64,000 nt of DNA from the NCBI RefSeq assembly GCF_009914755.1, contig NC_060939.1; one strand, 5' to 3'. A model generated the notes under the pieces. That model was not told the DNA's origin. It saw only the letters and a program-made list of their open reading frames with translations, and ran no database searches. Positions 14,504-27,801 of this stretch are shown here, piece after piece (the stretch's first letter is position 1; every line of letters begins with the position of its first letter). Origin of the DNA: the human T2T-CHM13v2.0 reference genome, Homo sapiens. A program made the position numbers and the translations under genes.

Positions 14504-14534
<31 letters not shown>

Positions 14535-15910
14535 TATTTATTGATCATTCTTGGGTGTTTCTCAGAGAGGGGGATTTGGCAGGGTCATAGGACAATAGTG
14601 GAGAGAAGATCAGCAAATAAACATGTGAACAAAGGTCTCTGGTTTTCCTAGGCAGAGGACCCTGCGGCCTTCCGCAGTGTTTGTGTCCCTGGGTACTTGA
14701 GATTAGGGAGTGGTGATGACTCTTAACGGGCATGCTGCCTTCAAGCGTCTGTTTAACAAAGCACATCTTGCACCGCCCTTAATCCATTTAACCCTGAGTT
14801 GACACAGCACATGTTTCAGAGAGCACAGGGTTGGGGGTAAGGTTACAGATTAACAGCATCCCAAGGCAGAAGAATTTTTCTTAGTACAGAACAAAATGGA
14901 GTCTCCTATGTCTACTTCTTTCTACACAGACACAGTAACAATCTGATCTCTCTTTCTTTTCCCCACAATTCCCCCTTTTCCATTCGACAAAACCGCCATC
15001 GTCATCATGGCCTGTTCTCAATGAGCTGTTGGGTACACCTCCCAGACGGGCAGCTGCCGGGCGGAGGGGCTCCTCACTTCTCAGACGGGGTGGCCGGGCA
15101 GAGGCGCTCCTCAGTTCCCAGATGGGGTCGTGGCCGGGCAGAGGCGCTCCTCACTTCCCAGACGGGGTGGCGGCCGGGCAGAGGCGCTCCTCACCTCCCA
15201 GACGGGGCGGCCGGGCAGAGGCGCTCCCCACATTGCAGACGATGGGTGGCCAGGCAGAGACGCTCCTCACTTCCTAGACAGGATGACGGCCGGGAAGAGG
15301 CGCTCCTCACTTCCCAGACTGGGCGGCCGGGCAGAGGGGCTCCTCACATCCCAGACGATGGGCGGCCAGGCAGAGACGCTCCTCACTTCCTAGATGGGGT
15401 GGCGGCCAGGCAGAGGATGCAATCTCAGCACTTTGGGAGGCCAAGGCAGGCAGCTGGGAGGTGGAGGTTGTAGCGAGCGGACATCACGCCACTGCACTCC
15501 AGCCTGGGCAACATTGAGCACTGAGTGAGCGAGACTCCGTCTACAATCCCGGCACCTCGGGAGGCCGAGGCGGGCAGATCACTCGAGGTCAGGAGCTGAG
15601 ACCAGCCCAGCCAACACGGCGAAACCCCGTCTCCACCAAAAAATACAAAAACCAGTCAGGCATGGCGGCACGCGCCTGCAATCCCAGGCACTCGGCAGGC
15701 TGAGGCAGGAGAATCAGGCAGGGAGGTTGCAGTGAGCCGAGATCGTGGCAGTACCGTCCAGCCTCGGCAACGGAGGGAGACCGTGGAAAGCGGGAGACGG
15801 AGATGAGGGAGAGGGGGAGACCGTGGAAAGCGGGAGACGGAGATGGGAGACGGAGACGGAGATGGGAGACGGAGACGGGAGATGGAGACAAGGGAGAAGG
15901 AGAGGGAGCA
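14504..15910 (-). mobile_element. Full-length SVA retrotransposon, old subfamily (SVA_A/B-like)
   Basis: Poly(T) 14504-14532 with antisense AATAAA, SINE-R ~14533-15037, GC-rich VNTR ~15038-15412 (gggcagaggcgctcctcacttcccagac units), Alu-like ~15413-15785, hexamer region ~15786-15908. TSD-like cacctacactttc at 15913-15925. Confidence 0.95.
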
Positions 15911-16390
15911 ACCACCTACACTTTCAATCAAATGGAGCTAAGAGACATATGTAGAACATTCACAGGATATTCTCCTCAAGCCCACATGAAACATTCTCCA
16001 GGATACAGCATATGTTAGGTCACAAATCAAATGAGAATAGAGAAACTGTAGGGAAAATATCAATAAAATAAAAAATATAAAAAATAAAATAAAAATATCA
16101 ATAAAACAAAGAGGTGGGTTTTTGCAAAAATAAGTAAAAATGAAAAATCCTTAGCTAGACCAACTAAGGAAGAGAGAAGATTCAAACAACTGAAATCACA
16201 AATTAGAGAGGAGACATTACAACAGATGCCCCAGAAATGAAAAGGATTGTAAGGGACTTATAAACAGTCATATGCCTACAAATTAGATAACCTAGAGAAA
16301 ATTCATAAATTCCTAGCAACATACAACCTAGTGCGATTGAATCAAGAAGAAATAGAAAACAAACCATTAACAAACAAAGCTGAAGTAGGA

Positions 16391-17318
16391 ACCATTTACT
16401 AATTGGGAGATACTTTCCCCATTGCTTGTTTTTGTCAGGTTTGTCGAAGATAGATGGTTGTATATGTGTGGTGTTATTTCTGAGGCCTCTGTTCTGCTCC
16501 AGTAGTCTATACATTTATTTTGGTACCAGTACCAGGCTGTTTTGGTTACTGTAGCCTTATCATACAGTTTGAAGTTAGGTAGCACGATGCCTCCAGCTTT
16601 GTTCTTTGTGCTTAGGACTGTCTTGGCTATACAGGGTCTTCTTTGATTCCATATAAAATTTAAAACAGTTTTTTCTAATTCTGTGAAGAATGTCAACTGT
16701 AGTTTGATGGGAAAAGCATTGAATCTATAAATTACTTTGGGCAGTATGACCATTTTCATGATATTGTTTCTTTCTATCCATGAGGATGGAATGTTTTTCC
16801 ATTTGTTTGTGTCCTCTCTTACTTCCTTGAGCAGCGGTTTGTAGTTCTCCTTGAAGAGGTCCTTCACATCCCTAGTGAGCCATATTCCTAGGCATTCTCT
16901 TTGTAGCGATTGTGAATGGGTGTTCATTTATGATTTGGCTCTCTGCTTGCCTATTGTTGGTAGAAAGGAATGCTTGTGATTTTTGCACATTGATTTTGTA
17001 TCCTGAGACTTTGCTGAAGTTGTTTATCAGATCAATAAGTTTGGGGGATGAGATGATGGGATTTTATAAATATAAAATCATGTCATCTGCAAACAGAGAC
17101 AACTTGACTTCCTCTCTTCCTATTTGAATACCATTTACTTCTTTCCCTTGCCTGATTGCCCTAGCCAAACAATACTATGTTGAAAAGGAGTGGTAAGAGA
17201 GGGCATCCTGGTCTTGTACCAGTTTCCAAAGGGAATGCCTCCAGCTTTTGCCCATTCAATATGATGTTGGCTGTGGGTTTGTCATAAATAGCTCTTATTA
17301 TTTTGAGATATGTTCCAT
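16391..17318 (-). mobile_element. L1PA (L1PA7-10-like) ORF2 middle segment; non-inverted part of a twin-primed insertion
   Basis: Minus ORF 16367-16927 ([37 protein letters not shown]) is L1PA ORF2. Confidence 0.9.
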
Positions 17319-19367
<2,049 letters not shown>

Positions 19368-21929
19368 TTCTGCTTACACTCTTCTACAGTTTAGAACTAG
19401 AGGGAGTACTTCCAAAGCCATGTTTGAGGCCAGCATCATTCTTATGTCAAAGCCAGACACAATAAGAAAACTACAGGCCAATATCTCAGATTAACATAGA
19501 TGCAAAAATCATCAAAAGAACACCAGCAAAATGAACTCAAGAACACATCAAAAAAATTATAATGACCAAGTTGGATTTATCCCTGGTATGCAATGTTGGT
19601 TTAAAAAAAGGCATATCAATTAATGTGATAAACCACATTAACAGAATTAATGACAAAAACCATCTGCTCAACAGATGCAGAAAAGGTATTTGACAAAGTT
19701 GAACCTTCTTTCATGGTAAAAACACTCAACAGTGTTTTTACCATGAAAGAATGGTAAAGAGGCTGAAGAGACAACTTAAATACTTACTGGGAGAATATAT
19801 GTTCCAACCATAATCTCTCTCAAGAGGTTAATACCTAAAATATGCAAGGAACTCAAACAACTTAATAGCAAAACAAAAGAATAACCTGATTAAAAAAATA
19901 GGTAAAGGACCTGAATAGACTTATTTCTAGAGAAGATATACAAATGGCCAACAAGTACATGGAAAGGTGCTCAACAACACTAGTCATCAGGGAAGCGCAA
20001 ATCAAAACCACAATGATTTATCATCTAACATCTGTTGGAATGCTCATTAAAAAAAAGACAAGAGATAAATGGTGGTGAGGGTGTAGAGAAAAGGAAACAT
20101 TTGTAGACTGTTGGTAGGAATGCAGATTTGTGTATCCCCTGGAAAACTTCACAGAGCTTCCTAAAAGAAATTCAACATAGAACTACCATATGACCTAGTG
20201 ATCCCTCTTCTGGATATATACCCAAACATAATGAAATCACCACCTCATAAAGGTGTCTGCATGCCCATGCTTATTGTAGCATTATTCACAATAGCCAAGA
20301 TAGGGAAACAACCTAAGTGTCCACTGATAGAAGAATGGATAAAGAAGTCATGGTATACATACACAACAGAATACTATCTGGTCTTAAAAAAGGAGATTCT
20401 GCCATTTTCAGCAACATGGGTGAACCTAGATGATACTATGTTTGCTGAAATAAGCCAGATATAGAAATACAAATACTATACTACAGGATCTCACTTATAT
20501 GTGGAATCTTAAAAAAATAATAATAAACACAAAACGGCAGAGTAGAATGGTAGTTGGGAAAGGCACAGGGGAAATGGGAGATGTAGGTCAAAGGGTACAA
20601 ATTTTTTGTTTACACAGGATGAATACATGTGGAGAAACAGCATACAGCATGAGCACTATAGTTAATAATATTGCATTTTATATACTGGAAATTCATTAAA
20701 ACAATAAATTTTAGATACTCTTACCCCACGCACATGTACATGCACAAAGGAAAGGTAACTATGGAAGATAATATATTATTAATTTGACTGTTATAAGCAC
20801 TTCACCATGCAGAAATACACAAAAACATGTTGTACACCTTAAATTTACACAATAAAAAATATTACTTATTATTATTGAAAAATAAAATTATTTTTCATAA
20901 AAATTAACATGTAACTTATATTAAGATAATTATATATTTTAAAACATTTGTCAATGTTAATTGTTAATATGGTGAATACTAATAGAACCCACATAAACAA
21001 AAAAATAAAAATAAATATCTCTGCCCCATTCTACTGAGAGATCTTCAGGGAAAATATTCTAGTAGTCAAGGTAAATTTTTTTAAAACCCTATGAATAAGT
21101 TGTGTGGACATAATTACCAAGTCAAATAAGAATCTGTCTATGAATCATCAATTATTTCAGTGTCCTAGGCATCTCTAAAAATAAGCCTCAAAACAACATG
21201 AACCTGGAAAAGAATTTAAATTTTCCCCATTCAGATGTATTGTTTTTGTTCACAGGTAACTGTAGGAATTTTTAGAAATCAAGATGCGTTCTACACGTTC
21301 ACTGCATTCAATAGTATGGATGTCATGAAAATGTTCCCTTATTTATCTGTATGCCTAATCATTCAATTGTAATATGAAGTAAATACTCAGTAATTCACTT
21401 GAAATACTCTTCTCTAGTTACTGCAGATTTGAGTGATTATTCAAATGTCATCCAATGAGGTAGAGTAGGTTGATTGCCAACCAGGTGCTCATCTAATGTA
21501 TTCCTCCTGAAAGGCACCAAAACTCATGTGCTTGCAGTAAGAAGCATAATATAATTATTTCTTCTTACTTCAATAAAGTATGCTTCAGTTTACTACTGTG
21601 AGCCAGGGAGGAGTGATGAAAAAGTGGAATGGACTAAAAACTCTGAAAAATAAAGCATGGCTAAGACCGACAGCCAGAGAAGCTGTGGTTCTGAAATTGT
21701 CTGCTTTCTCTCAAACACTAGGAGACTTTTCTTTCTCATAGAGATTAGCTTATTTTCCTCACAGAGGTAGAAGGGGACTTTTGGAAATGAAAAAAAAATC
21801 ACACACTGCTGTACAGGAAGAAAACTTTAACTCAAGAAGATCTTTCACAGTGATATGAATGAAAACATAAGGCAGGGCTATCCTGACAAAGACCAAATAT
21901 GCAATTATATAAGCCAATATTCATCATCT

Positions 21930-22130
21930 TTCTCAACATCATCTACTGAATTTCTACTATGTACCAACAACAGGTTAAGTGCTTTCCAGGTAACCTCACA
22001 AAACCTTTATGAGCCAGGTACTTTTATGAATCCTTTTCAAATGAAGAAATTAAAGCCTACGGAAGTTGTAAGTTACTGGTCCCAAGTGGCTAAGCTACTA
22101 AAGATCAAAGATTCCTCTCACTCCAGAGTC
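21930..22130 (-). mobile_element. MIR fragment
   Basis: Antisense MIR pattern (ctactatgtacc..taagtgcttt..cttttcaaatgaagaaattaaagcct..ttaagttact.gtcccaag). Confidence 0.55.
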
Positions 22131-23107
22131 CCAGTCTTCCCAAAGAGCAAAGAAGAGACTAAAGTGTACCTAGAATAAAAATACCGTGTAGTATTTGGAT
22201 AAGAAAATGAAAGTTACAGGAAGAAGGAGAAAGCACGCAGGATGGGAAGAGAAGAAAACGAGTTATGTTTGTGGCATAATTAGGAGACTGATCAAGTCAG
22301 TGGAGGATTTGTAGTGAGGAATGCGAGGAAGCAAACTAGAATAGTAGACTGGGGGCCAATCAGTCAAATGTATTTAAATGCTAGTCTAAAACCCATGGCA
22401 ATTGGAAGCCATTGCACATTTTTAATCAGAGTCCAAGACTAGAAGAATCCTGTGCTTGTTTGAAGAAAAGAAAACACACAAGCTCATCAGAATTTACAGC
22501 CAAAATTAATTTTATTGACAATCTGTTTAAATACCTTCAATTTAGGGATTAGACACTGAGACCTGAGTTAAGGATCCCTACTCTTCACTACTGCTACTAA
22601 TTTAAAAATCAACATAAGTGAACATTACATTTAGCTGAGGAAAGAAATAACCAGTAACTGCCTTTTGAATATGAACCTTTTAATCACAGTTACATTGTTT
22701 TGTTCCTTGTGAATCTGTAATCTTCTAAAGAAAATAGATTCCTATCTTTATGATAGGAACTTTATGAATGTAGACACTTAGTAAAGAAGCAATATAAGTG
22801 GTACCAGCTACAGAGTATGGATTTAGGAGAAGTAATTGACATGAATTGGGGGAATGTCATATGCCCCATTATAGCCATGTTCCCCAAGACCCCCAGAATG
22901 CCCTTCACCCATAACTGCTCAATGACATGGTGGCTTTCAGGTGAATGCCATAGAGCTTGCTGGCCAAGGAACACAGAGAAGACAGATCAGAAAATCCCTT
23001 GAGTCACTTGCCTACAGTAAAATATCTCCTCTTTGAGGCTCTTTGCATTCTGCACTTTCTCAATAATCAGCTACATCAGATCACTTTTCCTCTTTTTGTT
23101 TCTATTC

Positions 23108-23260
23108 ATTTATTATTTTTTAAGAGATGGGGTCTCACTGCATTGTCCAGGATTGCCTCAAATTCTCAGGCTTGCCTCAGACTTCCAGGCCTAAAGCCAT
23201 TCTCCCACCTCAAGCCTCCTGAGTAGCTAGGACTACAGGCTCATGCCACTGCATCTGGCT
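23108..23260 (-). mobile_element. FLAM / free left Alu monomer
   Basis: gagatggggtctcact...gcctcctgagtagctaggactacagg..atgccactgcatctggct; single monomer only. Confidence 0.8.
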
Positions 23261-23699
23261 CTTCCTCTTATTTCTGACCACTGACTTCTAGAATTTCCTG
23301 CTACGTGACACTGCAATGTGAACTTACATGTATTTATAGAGGCTGCTAAGAAAAGTCCCAGAAGTGCTGTGTTCCAAATCTGAGAACAGAACTTTGGTGT
23401 GCTTCATGTATTGATTTTCAGGCTAGGGAAGCAGATGCATCCTTAAAATCAACTTATGTCCTTCCCGTCCCTGGGAAGGCTTCTCCAACTGCACACTCCT
23501 TCAAACAAGGAAATTATATTTCTAAAAACGGACAAAGGTAGAAAAGCCATGTCTGATAAATTTAAGTTCTCATAGCATAGTGGTTAAGAAAAAGTAAGCA
23601 ATAAAAGTGGCATTGAATATACGCATTCACATATGTGAGACAAACATAGATTTGTGAAGACAACCCACTTTCAAAACAAAATATTGACAGAGTTTAATG

Positions 23700-23860
23700 T
23701 TTTTGCTATATCCCTTCTTCTGAATCAGCTTATGCAGATCTTTAAGAAATATCGCAATAGTGTTGAGATCTAAGGTATGTTCTCCTTCAAATTTTAGGTT
23801 TTGCTTCTTTGAAAGGACTTGAAGCAATGCTTAATGGTTAAGTTACTGTCTTTTGTATGA
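23700..23860 (-). mobile_element. Possible ancient Tigger/pogo-type transposase relic
   Basis: Minus-strand translation HCFKSFQRS (frameshift) QNLKFEGE..DLNTIAIFLKDLHKLIQKKGY resembles the pogo/Tigger GWFxRFKxR..NLKxxGE..A..F...L.KLI.EKGY segment. Confidence 0.4.
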
Positions 23861-24889
23861 GCATTTTCTCCTGTTTCACACATCTTTGCCAAAAAAAAAG
23901 TTTTTGTTTGACTCCCTTTCCAGTTAACTTGGTGCCTAAGGGTAACTTTTTACTGTATTTTCTCCATAAACTGAAAGGATAGACGTATTTTCTCTGTGGA
24001 CAACCCCACAGAGCCACCATCATTTGCTAAAGAACAGTTGCTATATGCTTTTGTGTTCACGTGTGCTCAATTAAGTGTGGCTTATATTAAATATAGCACA
24101 GATGTTTTATTACAAAACCAAGATTAGAAAAGGGTTACTACAGCCAACTCCACACTCATCTCTCTTACCATTTAGTTTCTACCATTCTTTGAGTCAAACT
24201 ATCAGCGTTGAACATCTGTTTGCCTCCCATTATTTGGCATTTCTCTTTGGTGCTTCGCATAGTTTTTAAATATCTATCATAGTCCTACTCTGTCCCAACA
24301 AGTACAATTGCTCAAATAATTAAATGAGGACTACCTTGGTTTAGATAGTGCCCTTTCATGTTTTCTCACGTAAGTCTTATAAAAACTAGTTTTACAAGAC
24401 CTTAAAGTTATGTGATTCAAATTGGCAATATGTAGCAATATGTTAATCTTTGATCCATCAATCCCACTCTTGGGAATTCATTCCAAGGACCAAAATGTAT
24501 ATACCAACTTCATATATTAAAATAATACCAGGTTTTAAAATGACCACAATGTCCAGTAATAGGAAATTGGTTAAATAAGTTATGATACATTTGTATGATG
24601 CAATAATGCATCCAATGTCCATCATCATGTTAAGGATCAAAGGAAGCATCTAAAACTATCAATATTATGACATAAACTTGTATGTATTTACTGACATGTA
24701 CACAAAAGAGCTGAAAGTGTATTTCACGAAATAGTAGGCTTATCAGTGCTTTTCATCTCTATCCTTTCCTCTCTTTTCTTTTTAACTATAAATAGTATAT
24801 ATCTCATGTGAGATACACATATGTGTAAATACCCATATGTATAAAATTTATACCAAAGTACTTACCATAATTTTAAGAAAAATAAGACT

Positions 24890-25830
24890 TATGTTACCAC
24901 TTAGATATGACCCAGAAATTCCACTGCTAGGTATGTACCCAAAAGAAATAAAAACATATGACCACACAAACACGTGTACATAAATTTCTATAGCAACATT
25001 ACTAATAATAGCCAAAAGGTGGAAACAATCCACATGTCCACCTTATGAATTTTAAAATGTGGTAGCCATACAATGATTATTCAGCCATAAAAAAATACTG
25101 ATACACACCACAAAATTATTTAACCTTGAAAACAATGTCAAATGAAAGAAGCCAGTCAAATAAAACATACGTTGTGATATGCTTTGGCTGTGTCCCCAAC
25201 CCAAATCTCATCTTAAACTGTAGTTCTCATAATTCCTACGTGTGCTGGGAGGGATCTGGTGGGAGATAATTTAATCATGGGGTGGTTACCGTCATGCTGT
25301 TCTAGTGATAGTGAGTTCTCATGAGATCTGATGGTTTCATAAGAGGTTTTTCCCCCTTTTGCTTAGCACTTCTCTTTCCTGCCATCATGCGAAGAAGCAC
25401 GTGTTTGTTTCCCCTTCCACCATGATTCTTAAGTTTCCGGAGGCCTCCCCAGCCATGTGAAACTGCGGGTCAATTAAACCTCTTTCCTTTATAAGTTACC
25501 CAGTTTGGGGCAATTCTTTATAGTAGTGTGAGAATGGACTAATATACATTGCCACACAATATTTTTATTGAAAGGTTCAGAATAGGAAAATCTATAGAGA
25601 CAGGGAGTATATCAGGGGTTGCTTAGGGATGGGGGGGATGGGGCAATGGGGGTGTACAAATAAAGGGCATGGAATTTCTTTTTGAGGTGAAGAAAACTAA
25701 AAGTGACTGTAGTGATGGTTGTATACATCTTTTAATATACTAAAAGCTATTACTGTATACTTTAAATGAATTAATTGCATGATATATGAATTATAACTCA
25801 ATAAAGCTATTTTAAGAAAAGGAAAAAATA
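24890..25830 (+). mobile_element. L1MB-type 3' end, interrupted by a THE1 LTR
   Basis: atgacccagaaattccactgctaggtatgtacccaaaagaaataaaaacatatg... to tcaataaagcta. Confidence 0.8.
25175..25546 (+). mobile_element. THE1C/D solo LTR (MaLR)
   Basis: tgatatgctttggctgtgtcccc..aaatctcatctt start and gagaatggactaata end; 5-bp TSD cgttg/cattg. Confidence 0.9.
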
Positions 25831-26932
25831 ACATTACTAGCAGTTTACTTTGGAAACAACTTTAATTTACATTTGTAACAGACTTTTTTAGAAAAAAAAT
25901 CACAGGACTAGATTCTTCAGTTACACAAATATAAAGCAAGTATACACCCCTTGACTTTGGAAAATTATGGAATCCCAACAATTTTCAATGCAGAAGCTGC
26001 AGGCCAAAATATTATATATTCTGTATGTGAATGTAAATTGAGTATACTTATTTTTAGGATCACTTGCCTTTAGAAAGTTAGATCCTCCTCCCCCCATCCC
26101 CACATAAACAAATTTAGTCTGAACTGTTGGTATCACATATGAAGTTAAGATTAAATAGTTTAATCTTTTAGAAATGTATGGCAACTATCATGAATGTGTT
26201 CCTTGGGTCAGGAAAGCCTAACCACATCATTGTAGGTGAGGTATGGGTTTTTATGAAGGAATGGCTACTACCACTGTCAAACATACAAGATCATTAAATA
26301 AGCAAGATTTCCTCGGACAAGAGGGGAGGAGACCTGCTTTTCTTTCTGGCACCCAGGAAGGTTGTCTCCTGGTATACCTGGGACTAAATGGCAGAGTTTA
26401 CTTGCTGATGGAGCTAACTCAGCAGGAGTCCTGACTCAGCAGGAGCCTGCCAGGAGCTAGGCATGAACTCTCTGGTTTGCTTAGTATCTACATACTAAGA
26501 GAAACTATTTCTAATAGCAGTGTAATATGTTTCCTCTATTGTGCTCTATGTATCTGCATTTACTCAAGTTCTATGATACAGCATTTCCTCACCTGAAATA
26601 TAATTTGGGGAAATTAAATGAGGGGTTTATATTCATCCCGTAAGTAAACTGATAGAAGAATAGTATGACCCAGAGAAGCCACTGGATTTAGTGAAGTGAT
26701 CTAAGAATTCCTGAGATTTAGAACAAAAGCAGAATACAATCCAATAAAACAATTCCCAAATACAGGCAATGGGTTGATTTGCAGTACATGTTATGCATAT
26801 TCTGTACATACATTTTTAGGGATTTCCAGAATTTTCTTGGATAAAAAGAATGGACTTCCTCCTGTGATCTAAAGGATGGGGTCTGAAATTATTATAATGT
26901 AGATATTTAAAATAAGGGCTGCATTATAATGA

Positions 26933-26987
26933 TCTGCACATGTATCCCAGAACTTAAAGTATAATAAAAAAGAGAAAAAATAATAAA
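26933..26987 (+). mobile_element. Extremely 5'-truncated L1PA 3' tip
   Basis: tctgcacatgtatcccagaacttaaagtataataaaaaa is the terminal ~35 nt of L1PA followed by an A-rich tail. Confidence 0.75.
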
Positions 26988-27468
26988 GATGTATAATAAT
27001 TAACTAGTTTTCTAACACTCCCATGTTAGAAAGAGTTAAACATCATCTATGAATACCTCATGTTTCTCAACATTGATAGGAAATTTAACATTTTTACTTG
27101 CTAGGTCCTATCAATTCTGATTTAAAATATTTTATTTCCATGGTTCTATTAGTTCAAAATAAAACAAGAAAGTGCTCCTGGCTATCATATTTGTGATCTG
27201 TATACTATAAATGCACTCTTCTATTTGCTCTTAATTATGTACAAAACAGAAGATATAAAATATTATTGTGATGTTTATAGAGCAAATAAAATTTTATGCA
27301 TCAAAAATTAAAACAAAATACGGGCTCAAATGTCAAATACATAAGATAGGAAAACCTCAAAAGACAAATTTATTTCTTTTACTTAGAAAAACAATTGCAT
27401 GGAAGTAATACATTATCATCACATCTGGGTTGCAACATGAGAGTTTTCTGTTTTCTTATTCATACTTT

Positions 27469-27801
27469 TCTTATTTTTCATTTTTTGTTGTTGTTGTTGT
27501 TTGAGAGACTGTCTCACTCTGTCGCCCAGGCTAGAGTGCAGTGGCACGATCTTGGCTCACTGTAACCTCCACCTCCCGGGCTCAAGCCATTCTTGTGCCT
27601 CAGCCTCCTGAGTAGCTGGGACTACAGGCACATGCTGCCATGCCCGGCTTTTTTTTTTTTTTTTTTTTTTTTTTGGGTCTTAGCAGAGATAGGGTTTCAC
27701 CATGTTGTCCAGACTGATCTCGAACTCGTGGGCTTAAGTAATCCACCCACCCCAGCCTCCCAAAGTGCTGGGATTACAGGCATGAGTCACCATGCCCGGC
27801 C
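27469..27801 (-). mobile_element. AluJ
   Basis: Antisense dimeric Alu with gggctcaagc (J diagnostic) and a (TTG)n-containing tail; 15-bp TSD tcttattcatacttt at 27454-27468 and 27802-27816. Confidence 0.92.

Noticed and set aside
15038-15412. Repeat array that might resemble CRISPR or a novel minisatellite; short VNTR
   Set aside because: It is the ordinary SVA VNTR with no unique spacers, and short VNTRs are usual in the oldest SVA subfamilies.
15021-16018. Cluster of 65-150 aa GC-rich ORFs
   Set aside because: All lie in the SVA VNTR, Alu-like or hexamer domains, which are stop-poor repeats; not genes.
21256-21350. Plus-strand acceptor (tttttgttcacag) with an open frame VTVGIFRNQDAFYTF...
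   Set aside because: No convincing donor and no recognisable protein; compatible with chance.
23422-23537. Plus-strand AG..GT segment with an open frame (AREADASLKSTY...)
   Set aside because: Weak donor (gtagaa), unrecognised peptide and no supporting neighbouring exons.
24798-24828. Short palindromes (tatctcatgtgagata, tacacatatgtgta)
   Set aside because: Arms of 7 bp or less in AT/CA low-complexity sequence; expected by chance.
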